From: Octopus vulgaris
Lineage: Eukaryota
Length of the DNA stretch: 64,000 nt
Direction of reading: 5' to 3'
Assembly (NCBI GenBank): GCA_951406725.2
Contig: OX597816.1
Span: 68,820,001 to 68,884,000 of the forward strand
This document shows, in pieces, positions 37,630 through 50,721 of this stretch. The position numbers and the translations under genes are program-made. Each line of letters opens with the position of its first letter. Position 1 is the stretch's first letter. The notes under the pieces are model-generated. The model was not told the DNA's origin. It did not search any database and worked only from the letters and a program-made list of their open reading frames with translations.

Positions 37630-39320
37630 TACACTGCGATGCAAAAAGACGCGAGATGTGTGCAGCATTGAAATATATTTTAATTTCATTGAAGGCGGTG
37701 AGCCGGCGAAATGCGTAGCCGTATTTCGTCTGCCGTTACGTTCTGAGTTAAACTTCCGCCGAGGTCGATTTTGCCTTTAATGTTTTCGGGGTTGATAAAT
37801 TAAGTACCAGTTACGCACTGGGGTCGATGTAATCGACTTAATCCCTTTCTATGTCCTTGTTTGTCCCCTCTTTGTTTAGCTCCTAGTGGGTAGTAAAGAA
37901 ATATATATTTTAATTTCATTATGTCAGAAATAAATTTTGATACATCTGATTAAGTCAATTGCTTGGTTGCCCTTTCACCACAGTCTATGGATCGTTGTCA
38001 TGAGTTCTGGTAGTGGGCGTATCCAGCACATCGAGATTGTAGGGCGTGACATGTTGAATGCGGTGTCTGCTCTCCCTGGGTTTTCAAAACAGCTATACAC
38101 CGTCGGTACATGGAATGCATGAGGCAGTTCACAAAATCCATTGGCGCCTGTGCCCACACCCCGAGGAAAGCTGCCTCCAGTTCCACATGAATTGTCGGCC
38201 TTGGGACCACCTAGTTGAGCCGTCTCTGGATTTTATTCCCCAGGTGTTCAATAGAGTTCAAATCCGGGCCGAGACCCGGCAACGGCATGGTGCTGATGTT
38301 GTACTGATGCAGGAAGTCCAAGGTGACCCTGGCTGTGTGGAAGGGAGCATTCTTCTGCTGGATCTCCTGGCTATGGTGACATGCAAAGATACACACGATT
38401 TGAGGTCTTAGGATCTGGTCAACGTGGCGCTGCGCTCTGGTGCAATTCCCTCTGCCTGCACCAACATTTTGAAACACATGGGGCCCAATTCTCTGATTCA
38501 GGCCTATAGCACCCCAAACCATGATACTTTTCCACCCCACGCGTCTCTCTCCATGTGACATGCGTCTCTGTAGCGTACACCACACGCTGACTCTGCCATT
38601 TGAGGTGGAAACGCAGTACCGAATCTCGTCAGAGAAGACTGTCGACCTCCATCGTTGATGCCGCCAATGTCGGTGCTGTGTAGCCCATAGTAGTTATGTC
38701 CGACAGCGGTGGGCGGTGAGGACAGTCAACGCAGGTTGTTGACGGCCAGTCGACATCGTACCGTGCCGTCCCTGATGTGCCGCTCTGCAGTGCCAATGTA
38801 GTTGCGAGCTGTCAAGCTGGCCGGTCTCAAAAGATAACGGAGGTGTTGCCTGTGAATGAAGCGGCTCTGCCTGGGCGTGGTCACACGGAGGCGCCCTCTG
38901 CAAGCACGGTCTGCAGCGCTGTTGGTGTTGTATCGGTGTTGTAGCAATAGGCAATGCTGACATGGACATTGTAAGCCGTCGCAAAATCCAGGACACGCTG
39001 CCCTTTTTGCAATCAGCTGATAGCTTGTTCTTTCTGCGCTGCTGGCAATAGGGCCAGACATGATGCGTCTAAATTACGAATGCCAGAAATGCGAGTCAAG
39101 TTGAATTTTATTCCCATACCCTCCACGAGATGCACGTGTATTTCGTTTTTTGGCGTCTTGCTCAGGGAAAGTTGAAAGGTTACCTGCAATTTGGATCTCA
39201 GCCGTAAACCAAACTAGCATGTCTTGAAATATTTACACTTACATCGTTGAAATAAATTTTCAGAATTTAACATATAAAGTGACATTTGGAAAAATCGTGT
39301 TTCTTTCGCGGTTTAGTATA
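37630..39320 (-). mobile_element. Tc1-family DNA transposon with decayed transposase
   Basis: GRLRVTTPRQSRFI...TVRCRL (HTH), VFSDE, IMVWGAIG, QQKNAPFH and PDLNSIEHL; diverged TIR-like ends next to TA. Confidence 0.85.
37691..37902 (+). mobile_element. SINE family B nested in Tc1, with 18-bp TSD
   Basis: ATATATTTTAATTTCATT at 37673-37690 and 37903-37920. Confidence 0.9.
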
Positions 39321-39568
39321 TATATATATATAATTAATAATATCAGGGTAATGAAGATTTTATAAATTTTTACTACCTGTGGCCTAGCGTGTAGAAAACT
39401 TAGTCAATAGACTATATATTATTCATATAAATACAGTGTGTATTTAAACACATAAGCGGTGTCCGTCACAGGATTCCTTTCACGCTAGGAGGAACAGCTA
39501 AAGTCCAAACCACTATTAGGGATAAAAACTCGAATGGAATGAAAAATAAAAACATTTACCATCTACTT

Positions 39569-39636
39569 CCTGGATCATGGTTTCAGATATTTTTAGCAAA
39601 TAAAATAATTTGCTAGGCGAAGTCTTCATCAACAGG
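39569..39636 (-). ncRNA. Degenerate type I hammerhead in an inverted-repeat-bounded element (~39340-39730)
   Basis: CCTG-TTGATGA-[AGA...TAGCAAAT-TATTTT-ATTTGCTA...TCT]-GAAAC-CATG-ATC-CAGG; inverted repeat 39424-39456 vs 39697-39729. Confidence 0.5.
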
Positions 39637-39729
39637 TACGCCTAGATTAAACATATAAGTACAAGGAAATCCAGTATGTGCCTCTTGCTTATACAACTTA
39701 TTTGTTTAAATGTACACTGTAATGATATG

Positions 39730-39789
<60 letters not shown>

Positions 39790-39881
39790 CAATTGAGGAT
39801 AAAATCTTTAAAAGAAATTATCAGTAGTCAGCGTGAAAGATCTCGTAAGAGAAAAAATCCGTAAATTCTTCCTCTTTGAAA

Positions 39882-39946
<65 letters not shown>

Positions 39947-40060
39947 ATGAACATATATATATAAGTTCAGCAACGATTTAGATTCAAATGAATATGGCAC
40001 TTAATTTAGATGCACCAGAATTTTTAAGGTGTTACCCATAAAAATATGCGGGGTGATTAT

Positions 40061-40778
40061 AATCAAAAGTAAGCAAGAAGAATGAATCCGGTAATTTAGT
40101 ACAATTGCTCCATATTACAACATTTTATTAAAAGCTGTAAATATTAGAGCAGATTTAAGATGCCGAGTAATCTTCAGCTAATTTTATATAGGTTTTCCAA
40201 TAATATAAAGTTCTCAGATCAATTAATAACATCTTAGGGAAGGTAAATATACAGATAAAGATGTAGATATGAATCTTAGGAACATGAGGTAGTGTAGTTT
40301 GGATACCAACTGACCAAAATTTTGTTCACAACTGACTGTTGTAAGAATATTTCCTTAGTTATAAGAATGGGGGTAAGAGCAGGTCAAGAATTCAAGTTAG
40401 TTGAAGAAAAGAAGAGGAAAATTCACTCTTCTTTTCTTCAATTAACTTGAATTCTTGACCTGCTCTTACCCCCATTCTTATAACTAAGGAAATTTTCTTA
40501 CAACAGTCAGTTGTGAACAAAGTTTTGGTCAGTTGGTATCCAAACTACACTACCTCATGTTCCTAAGATTCATATCTACATCTTTATCTGTATATTTACC
40601 TTCCCTAAGATGTTATTAATTGATCTGAGAACTTTATATTATTGGAAAACCTATATAAAATTAGCTGAAGATTACTCGGCATCTTAAATCTGCTGTAATA
40701 CTTCCAGCTTTTAATAAAAGGTTGTAGTATGAAACAATTGTACTAAATTACCGGATTCATTCTTGTCGCTTATTTTTG

Positions 40779-40781
<3 letters not shown>
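40061..40781. repeat. ~720-bp near-perfect palindrome (~356-bp arms, 9-nt spacer)
   Basis: 40061-40416 is the reverse complement of 40426-40781; lies between (TA)n arrays. Confidence 0.95.
40658..40749 (+). ncRNA. Type I hammerhead motif with branched helix II
   Basis: AAATTAG-CTGAAGA-[TTACT...AGTAT]-GAAAC-AATT-GTA-CTAAATT; mirror copy 40093-40184 has GGAGC instead of GAAAC. Confidence 0.65.
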
Positions 40782-40849
<68 letters not shown>

Positions 40850-41225
40850 TTGTATATATATATGTATAAATATTTATATATGTATGTATATATATATATA
40901 TTATATATATATATATAAATATTTATATATGTATATATATATGTATGTATATATATATAAATATTTATATATGTATATATATGTATGTATATATATATAT
41001 ATATATATAAATATTTATATATATAACGGGAACCTTTATGGAAATAAACAAAAGACGAAGGCAGGTGGAGTACAAACAAACAATTGTATTAGTATGGCGC
41101 TCAGGAATATAAATAAAACAAGTCTTTTATGTTTCGAGCCTACGCTCTTCAACAGAAAGATACGCAGAAAAGAAACACGGAGAGAAACAAGGAGAGAAAC
41201 AAATGCGTGCAGAATCTATCTAGAT

Positions 41226-41310
<85 letters not shown>

Positions 41311-41311
41311 A

Positions 41312-41457
<146 letters not shown>

Positions 41458-41530
41458 GAGTAAACACATAAATGTGAAACAAGGTGGAAAAAACGAGTAC
41501 TCAAATACCAGGGGTAGAGTAATATATATA

Positions 41531-42023
41531 TACAGCGGTTGGACGGCATAATGGAAACATCTTAAAATTTAAACAAATATATTTCAAATATGGGGTAGGA
41601 GCTCCTTTGGCAGTAATCACAGCTTGAATTCTACAAGGTATGGACTCGTACAGATTTTTGAACTGTTTCCAAATGAATTTTTTTCCATTCTTCAGCTAAA
41701 ATAGTCTCTAGTTCTTGAGGCGATGATGGTGGAACATATCGACTCCTTACTTGTTTTTCTAAAATGCACCAGAAATGTTCAATAATGTTGAGATCTGGGC
41801 ACCTATTTGAAAGTCCGATAGATCTGTCATTTTAATGAATTTTAATTGCCTTTTTCTGATTATAACTGAAAGGAAACAGCAATTTCAGCAAAACATATTA
41901 AGTAAGACTAATAATAAATCAAAAAAACAAAATAAATAAACAAGCTTTTGACGGTTTTATAGATATTTCAAAACTATTTTGCAATGATGCTAGGTGATTC
42001 CATTATTTTGTCCAACCCCTGTA
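41531..42023 (-). mobile_element. Tc1-family internal-deletion derivative with both TIRs
   Basis: TA-CAGCGGTTGGAC...ATAATGGAA and TTCCATTAT...GTCCAACCCCTG-TA; minus strand encodes PDLNIIEHFWCILEKQVRSR; same family as 62215-63244. Confidence 0.85.
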
Positions 42024-42070
42024 TATATATATTGGCTAAACTGGCAAAATGACCATTCCGAAATATAACA

Positions 42071-42126
<56 letters not shown>

Positions 42127-43031
42127 ATACATTCCCCACATCGTTTAACAATCAGTGTCAATTTGTTGACGTTTCTGCAATTTGGCAGTTCGCTAAATAT
42201 TCCGGTACTCAATCATAATTGCAGTGCAATGGCTGAAACGATTAAAAGCTAGAAGATGAAGACAGCATCGGCTCCACCTGTTGCCGTTATTTTTGGTTAC
42301 CACAGATCAACCCTAGTCGAGCCGACAATTGCATGGAGGCATTTCAATTATTACTGCCACACCTTTTAAAGGGTACATTGGATTTTATTAGTCAATGCGT
42401 CATTTCGAATTCTAATACATGCAAATGTGATACGAGGGAGATTAAGGCGCTATTTCTGTTATACCAGCGAATACATATAAACGCCCTCGTTGATTTGCTC
42501 TAAGGATAGTAATGGCCGCCTGAGAGCTGGAGACAGTTTATGTCAGTTTGAATTAGATTATTATCAAATACGTTAGTTCCTACTTCATCAAATGATACGT
42601 CAATTTCCACTTCTCCTTTCTCGCATAACTTAGCAACACACTCCGCTCTAATCGATTACGTATTAATTAGACGAACAAGTATAATAAATACAATTTATTT
42701 ATCAGTGAATTTGATAAATATTTTATCGATAGATTATCTATCAACTTTGAATGAAGCTGATGAATAATTCAATAATTTTTAGTTCACCAGTCACATATAT
42801 CCATGTGTTGTTGTGTCTGTTCTTTCAAGAGCCGTATCATTAAAGTTATTGTCGCTTTCTGAGGGATAGCACAATAATGAGTTTTATGAGATTCACTTAC
42901 TGAATCAGCTAATTTCTATCAATCGCCTCGTGTCATTAATATATTTAAGTGCTCTATTGATGAGCTTAAGGAGAGCCGTTATATGAGAAATTTATTGACC
43001 TCCTCCACCTCCTCTTCCTCCTTTTTCCTCT

Positions 43032-43093
<62 letters not shown>

Positions 43094-43427
43094 GCAACAC
43101 TAAGATAGCAAGACTTATATGAATAATAATCTTCCCCATCTGTTTCATTATTTGCTTTCTCAGTTTTATGACAGCTGGTGATCATTCCCTTTCTCAATGA
43201 ATTACAAATGCTGTTTACAAGTACATAAATATACGGCATGATACAAATGCAAGCAGTGCAAATTATGGTGGCAGAAGCTTTTCAATTCTTTAGTTTATGT
43301 ATATATCCTGTCTTCTGCCACATATTTATACGATTCCATGAAATGCTCAAAGGTCGAGTCATAAGAATTCAAAATTTCACCAAAACTTTTGACGCTACTT
43401 TTGTATTCATTTATATTTTAATTAACA

Positions 43428-43800
43428 CTAGCAGTATCGCCCGGCGTTGCTCGGGTTTGTAAGGGAAATAACTATAAAGCATTTTTAGAGAGTTATAGCC
43501 AAAAAATGGAAAAAAAAATGATGGTAAATGTTTTTTTTAGTGAAAAAGGTTGAGTTGCGTCTCCTAGACAGTCTGTGGTTTGTGTTTCTGATTCTCGACC
43601 CCATGTCGAATTTATCGATTTTTTTCAGAACTGGGGGAACTTTTCAAAATTTTCGCTGCGTTAGTTTTGAATTATGACATTGGGCTATGTGTGTGTCAAG
43701 TTTCATCAGAATCGGTTGAAAGCCGTGGTCAGGGTGAGGGTACAACCTAACAGACACACAGAAACACACACAGATAAACTGCCGTTTATATATAGAGAGA
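43428..43800 (-). mobile_element. Non-autonomous Helitron
   Basis: Minus strand A|TC start, subterminal hairpin CCCGAGC-AAC-GCCGGG, CTAG|T end, no TSD. Confidence 0.85.
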
Positions 43801-44946
43801 TGTATATTCTACATAATCTGCCAATGAGATATACGTATAAACATTAACTTCCCTTCTGTTTTATTTCATCCCGTTTGTTGCTTTCATTGACAGCATCTCT
43901 ATTGCTTCTTTTGGTATCCTAAATATTGAAGATTTCCTTTTCATTTCTGGTTTATAATTTAAACAGGAGTGAAGTGACAGATACTGTAATCTTCGTTGGA
44001 TTTCTCAAGCCAATAAAATCGATGCACTTAATGCGTATAATAAACATCATATCTTTAATAAGGACTTGCAAAAAAGGCTTAGCTGGAGACCAAATTTATG
44101 CAATAGATATAACTTGATAAATAGCACCCTTAGATCAGATTGTGACGTTAAATAACCTTATATCTTGTTTCTACGCTGGATCAGGAGTACTTCATATAGA
44201 GACTATATATATAAAATACATTTTAGATGAATATTAAAAAACTTATTCGTTTCGAAATTTTTGTACGAAATTGGTGACTATGTTGTTTCACAATGAGGAA
44301 TATTGTCCGATAAAGAACATCTATTTAGTGTAACAGTAATCTCCGTTAACATAGCATGGATGTTGGTGTTTATGTGAGAGTAAATGAACGGGTGCTATAC
44401 AGGCAATGACAGTTGGGTGTATGAACATGTTATTCGCTGTTTCTGGTGAAAAACTGAACATTGTAGAAAAATGCTTCGAGGAATTTCATTTGCATCAAGT
44501 AATTACATAGATCAGGAATAAAACAAACGCCAGGGAGTATATTTAGCTCTCCTCTCATTTTCTAGTCCTGTTCTTATTATAGGAGAGAAATCATTAATAA
44601 ATGTCTTTACCGTAAGATACTTCTAGAATGCCTACAGTGATTATATCTTGTGATAGTTGAAGGGTTGAGAATATCTCATGATGTTACAGTAGAAACTAAA
44701 TTTGAAATCTTCAATTTTCATATATGCAAAAATGTACATTACGAATAGAATGAAATTTACAATCGAGAAATTTCGTTGTGAGATTAAGAAATGTCTATGC
44801 CATGCGTTTATGGAAAATTATGAGACCAAAGAGATAGAAGAAAACTTGTAAACATGTGTGGTGTTCCATGTGGGAATTGAAGGATTCTTTCAATATGGTG
44901 GAAGATTTTTATTTGGTTTAGAGCAGAACACATATTAATATTGCAT

Positions 44947-45112
44947 ATTCTTTTATTCTTTTACATGTTTTAGTCATCTGACTGCGGCCATGAATGAGCA
45001 CCATCGTGAAGAGTTTAAGTCAAGCAAATCATATCGGTCTCTTTTGTTTAACTGCTAGCTTACAGGAGACGTAAATACAGCAGCACCGGTTGTCAAGTGG
45101 TGATGGGGACAG
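44947..45112 (-). mobile_element. SINE family A 3' half
   Basis: rc of the family A tail. Confidence 0.7.
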
Positions 45113-45117
45113 AAAAA

Positions 45118-45862
45118 GATGAAATGTATAATTCCTTCCCAGTCCCACCATAGGCACAACATCGTTTTACGCGGATAAAGATCTTGTTTCACGCACGGTG
45201 TCGCTTGTTTACCGGGGCCAAGCCATTTTTTACGCAGCTTCATATTGATGTACAGGCACCATTTTTTGAGGCCAGTAAAGATTCAGTAAATAAATCGTTG
45301 CTTGTGTCCATGAGTTGGGCGGTGACGAGTAAGCAAACCAGCGGAGATTGTGGCTCGTTGATTTTTGTTGTTGTCAATTAAAGCATGCGGAACCCATGCT
45401 CCATATTTCTGAACCTTTCCCATCGGGTGAAGATGCTTCTCTATAGCCGTGTGGGAGCATTCCATTTTCTCTGCCAGTTCCCTTGTTGTTTAACGAGAAT
45501 TTTCGTGCAAAAGTTGGTTTAATCGCTCTTTATCGAAATCAACTAGGTGAGTTTTGAGGTCAAAATTTCCATTTTTGAACTTGACATACCAATCGAGAGC
45601 GGTTCTTTCAGCTATGGCTCCCTCTCCATACACAGCTCAAATGTCGCGAGCAGCGTTTGTGGCCTTAGAACCTGGATTCAAATCAAAAAGAAAAAGGTGT
45701 CGAAAATGCTCGTTTTTCTTAACTTGACATTCCATTTTAATGATCTGAAAATAGACAAAAATTAACTAAGATTAACTAGAAAAAAAATAGATTCCCAAAT
45801 TTCAGAACGCAATAAGTTCCAAAATATAAAAATATGGCGGGAACTTAGTTGCCAACCCAATA
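45118..45862 (-). mobile_element. Mariner transposon 5' half with decayed transposase
   Basis: GAWVPHAL and YPRKTMLCLWWDWEGIIHF motifs; TIR-like TA-TTGGGTTGGCAACTAAGTT at the right end. Confidence 0.85.
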
Positions 45863-45979
45863 TATATATATATATCTCAGACCAGAACGAGAGGAAAATA
45901 GCGAACGCTGTGAGAATCATTTTATGAAAACAGAAAAGATAGACGAGAGATCTTTTCAAAAAAAAAATTGTCACAGCAT

Positions 45980-46400
45980 TCACTATTTTCCTCTGGTTCT
46001 GTTCTAACGACTCTCATTGTTTGTTTCCATTCGGTTTCCTTGTATGTATCCACTGTCATTTTTTTGTTCCCAACTTTAACCCTCCATGGGAGCAACTGTC
46101 TTTGAAGACTCATATTGTCGTTGCTTGCTCGAACTGAGTAGATAGACAACCAACAATTGATGAAGGGTCGTTCTTTATGTTACTTGTCCTGTTTACCATT
46201 TTTCTCGTTGTTTACATATTTCGCGTTTATTTGCTCCGTTGGTGATGTCCTGTACACATGTATACATGTATATATGCATACACACACACACATACATATA
46301 TATATATGTATGTATGAATGTATGTATATATATATATATATATATACTGTATATTATTTGCTATTTATTATTTAATTGAACACCACGCATCTATTTCCGA
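45980..46400. repeat. Dispersed repeat homologous to 11470-12040
   Basis: Shared blocks, including ttaattgaac.ccacgcatc. Confidence 0.7.
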
Positions 46401-46491
46401 GTAAGTATATATATATACCACACACATACATATATATTCACATACACACACTCGCACACACACTCACACACACATATATATATATATATAA

Positions 46492-46550
<59 letters not shown>

Positions 46551-48521
46551 AACAACTGTCCTCCGCACACTTTCGCTCTAGATCATTCTATTCAGTTGAT
46601 ACCAGGCTACAAGTGAAGATTGTGTCTTCGGCCTACGCAAGCTGAGGAGTTCCACAAACAAAGCTATTTCTCAATAATTCTACTTCAGGTTTCATCTTGA
46701 TAGACGATGCTGTCTCTTTCCTGGGGATTGAGTAAACGACATTGATCTACTCGGAATATTATAAGTGTTTGGATTGGATTTAGCAAAACTTATTAATAGC
46801 AATTTTCTTGTAGTAAGCTTTCAATAAGTCGACCTTATGTTACAGAATACACTCTTAGTTTATATACTACTTCCTTTATTCTCTTACGTCCGATTTGTGT
46901 CATGCTAAGATATATACTGGACTAGTATAACGTACAAGAAAGACAACTGCCGGTTATAGTTTATGTGACACGTGTATATCAGAACTACAAGATGGGTTTG
47001 CGGCAAATATTTCGCTGTTTCAAAATACAGTTGCTGAGAGTTTACGCATAGTTAATATTGTATAACCTCAAGGATCACTCTATTTAAGGAGGAATATGTT
47101 AAAATCATTGCAGACGACACCACGCTATCTTCTTTAAAGAAATATCTTATCAGAGATTGTGAAAGCATGAGACCTAGTGGTTTGCGTGCTACATTTGTGA
47201 TCACAAGATCAGGATTTGGATTCCCATAAACATACAAAACACTTCGGTTCACACTGGTTCACTTCACCGACATTTAAATGAGTAACTAACCAATAACGGG
47301 TTGGCTTTCAGTTCAGGGGGATGTTTTCATGCCGATCACTTATACGCCATGGTAACCACGGAGCCTAACATTCCTACCTAGATAGAACTCAAAACAATAT
47401 TTTTTCCTATGAGCGGATGTTCGTCTACGGTAAACAATGTGCCATCATTTTTTAATACTATAGGATATTAATCAGAAGGCAATTTGGTTGTTATTTCTAG
47501 CAGACTGACTGACCACAGATAAGCCACATCGTTGATTTGATACGTTGTCATAATTGTTAAAGTAGTATCAATTTTCATGGGAATAGACGCATTTCTTCTA
47601 GCAGTAAAAAAAGTAACCAGTAAACAGTAATTTTCAAAGTAATCTCCTTTTAATAATGGCTTTAAACAAAATAATCTTTCATTATTGTACGTTAGTTAGC
47701 TTCACATTAATTTCCCATAACTCTGAAGCTCCCTATCGATTACTTTGTGTCATGTAGTAATCTTGTTCATAGCAAATATCGCAAATAAACTTTTATATAA
47801 CTAACCCTGATTTCAACGAAGAACTTCTAATTGTGGCTAAGGTTTTGTATCGTATTACGTTTCTGCTTGCAATAATGCGAAGCTAGTTCAAATGGGTGAT
47901 TTGAAGCCTGATCAGTAATTCAGATAAGACACAGAAATTTCACTAAATATACACTAGAGTAAGGTATGATTTTACGTTAGCAGTTGAGTAATCAATAAAC
48001 CTCCTGAGGGCCGCAGTTTAGCTAATGCATCGGCATTTTCATCAGCTTCGTAAAGTATAGTTGATCATAACTCTGATTACGGTTACTGACCTCTGTTGCT
48101 ATGAAGATAAGTGGAAACTTTATTATAAATAGATTTTGCGATTAATCTATGACTGACGTATGATGTAATAGTTTGTAGTAGTTTCAGAAATCATTGTCAT
48201 GTTTAAATCTGTTAATTGCTGACAGTGGCAGCAAATCTCGTATGAGATGTGTGAATTTAGAGCCATTTATGCGTTCAATGTTGTGTTGAAATGTAAAACA
48301 TCGAAATTTCACGCATTGAAGAAAGCAATTTTCACAAACGATCCTTCGCATTGACTAAACTCATATCTCAAAATGACACACGAAACTATCTTATTTAATA
48401 AATTTTAATCACAATTTTCTGTCAACGCCATCCATAACTTATTTCCCTGCTATCCAACTTCAATTTCTTATGAAGAAAGAAAACTTTCTATAGGCATGTC
48501 ATGTAAAGAAGAATCTCGATT

Positions 48522-48958
48522 AAGGCAACGAGCTGGAAGTAACGTTACCACATCAAGTAAAAACACTTAGCGCATTTCGTCCCTCTTTACGTTCTGAGTA
48601 TAAAATCCGCCGAGGGCGACTTTGCCTTTCATTCATTCGGGGTCGATGAATTAACTACCATGGATCTAATCAACTAGTCTCTTCTCAACAAATGCCATGC
48701 CTTGTTCCTTTAGCAGAAAGAATTATTATAAGCTCCATAAAGGTTGCGTGCTGGCAGAATCGTTAGCACACCGGACAAAAATAGTTAGTGGCATTTCGTT
48801 CATCTTTACGTTCTGAGTTCAAATTTCGCTGAGATTGAATTCAACTTTAATCCTTTTAGTGTCAATGAAATAAGTATCAGTTGCGCACTGGGATTGATGT
48901 AATCGACCAGTGCGTTCCACGAAAAATTCAGGCCTTGTCCCAATAATAGAAAGGAATA
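48522..48958 (+). mobile_element. Two adjacent decayed SINE family B copies
   Basis: Two tttacgttctgagt..aaa blocks at ~48586 and ~48806. Confidence 0.75.
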
Positions 48959-49074
48959 TCAAAACCTCCATAGTACTAGATATTAATTTTTCTTTCCATT
49001 ATTTTCGTTTGGTCTTTTAATGTACATCACAGCTTCTTGAAACGTTTCCAATGGCATATAAGTTATGGACACCA

Positions 49075-49455
49075 TAGTTCCAATACATGGCACCTTTGGC
49101 AAACGTCTTCTGCTATAGCGTTGGGCCGACCAAAGTCTTGTGAGTGGATTTGGTAGACGGAAGCTGGAAGAAGTGTGTCGTAAAAATATATGTATTTATG
49201 TATGTCTGTGTGGATATGTGTGTTTGTACGCATATGTGTATCAGTCTGTGTATGTCTGCTTGTCTTTGTGTTTTTGTCGCTCGACAACGCTTTACTCCTG
49301 GGGCTGGCGCTTTTAGGTCTCTGAAACCTAGCGTTTCGGTAAGTGTCACTAATAGAATTAGTACCACGCTTAAAATAAAATAAGCACTAGCGTTGATAGA
49401 TTCGACTACAACACTTCAGGGATGGGTGTAGTCTAATGACCAGAACAAAAAGAAT
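49075..49455 (+). mobile_element. SINE family A, decayed
   Basis: gggccgaccaaagtcttgtgagtggatttggtagacggaa. Confidence 0.75.
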
Positions 49456-49547
49456 ATATATAATACTAAAGGAATTTTCCCTTTTATAACAAAAACAAAA
49501 ACAAAAAAAAACAGAAAACCAAAACAAAAAAAAACAGAAAACCAAAA

Positions 49548-49868
49548 ATGGCACTACGTCGGTTATGATAATGTGGGTTCCAGATGATCACAGAGGCGGA
49601 ATAAACTACTCACGAAATTAGGGTGCAAGGAGCTGAGCACTTCATACACATGCGTACCCTTAACGTACTTCTGAGGAACTTTTAGCGTGATACAGATTGT
49701 GATGAGGTTGTCCTTCTGAAGTAACAGTACTACACATTTTTGGTAGCTAGGTGGACTAGAGAAACCTAAAATGTATAGTCTTGCTCAAGGACGCAACGTG
49801 CCGCGAAAAATCGAACTCACGACCTTACGATTGTCATCCGAAACCCCTATAACCATTATGCCACGTGC
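49548..49868 (-). mobile_element. CORE-type SINE family E, decayed
   Basis: Homologous to 5720-6018. Confidence 0.7.
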
Positions 49869-49947
49869 AAAACAAGGTGGAGAAAATACTACTCGAATAC
49901 CGAGGTGGTATACGTCCGTTCACAATTTTAATTCATTTTCATGAAAA

Positions 49948-49985
49948 CTGTCAGACGAACGGGAAGGTGAAACTCTGAGTAACAG
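49948..49985 (+). ncRNA. Minimal type I hammerhead motif with U4 substituted
   Basis: CTGT-CAGACGA-AC-GGGAAG-GT-GAAAC-TCTGA-GTA-ACAG; directly followed by (TA)n. Confidence 0.5.
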
Positions 49986-49991
49986 CTTTAT

Positions 49992-50037
<46 letters not shown>

Positions 50038-50078
50038 TTATATATATATATATATACGTGTGTGTATGTATGTATATA

Positions 50079-50123
<45 letters not shown>

Positions 50124-50126
50124 TTT

Positions 50127-50163
<37 letters not shown>

Positions 50164-50164
50164 T

Positions 50165-50416
50165 TGAAAAAGTCATTAAACAGAACAAAATGTACACGTA
50201 GTACAGAAACAGGGACCCTAATCCTTCCTCAGTTACTGACCAAAGATGCTAATATCCATAAAACTGGGAATCTAGTATATGGGTGGCACACGCAAGATTT
50301 GCATAGAATTACGGATCAAACCAATAATATTAGTATCTTTGATCGATAACTGAGGAAGAATTAAGACCCTTGTTTCTGTCATACCTGTACGCCTTGTAGT
50401 ATTCAATGCATTTTCA
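50165..50416. repeat. Imperfect inverted repeat between (TA)n tracts
   Basis: 50203-50255 vs 50327-50379, with weaker outward extension. Confidence 0.75.
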
Positions 50417-50721
50417 TTCATGGAATAACTGAACACCACGCAGTAACTTTGTGTGTGTATATATATATATATATATACATATATACATATACATATGCAT
50501 GCGCTTTGTTATATACATATATATATATTTACATATATGTATATATATATATATATATATTATGTTTTGTCTGGGGAGAGTCATTTTCTTTTTGTGTCTT
50601 ATTATTTAACACACTCACCGGTAAGATTTCCACTTTTTTCTTATTCTTATTGTTCTAAGATTTTTGTTGCGTCTTGCAACTTTTTCAATAGTTTTGACTA
50701 TATATATATATAGCCTATATA

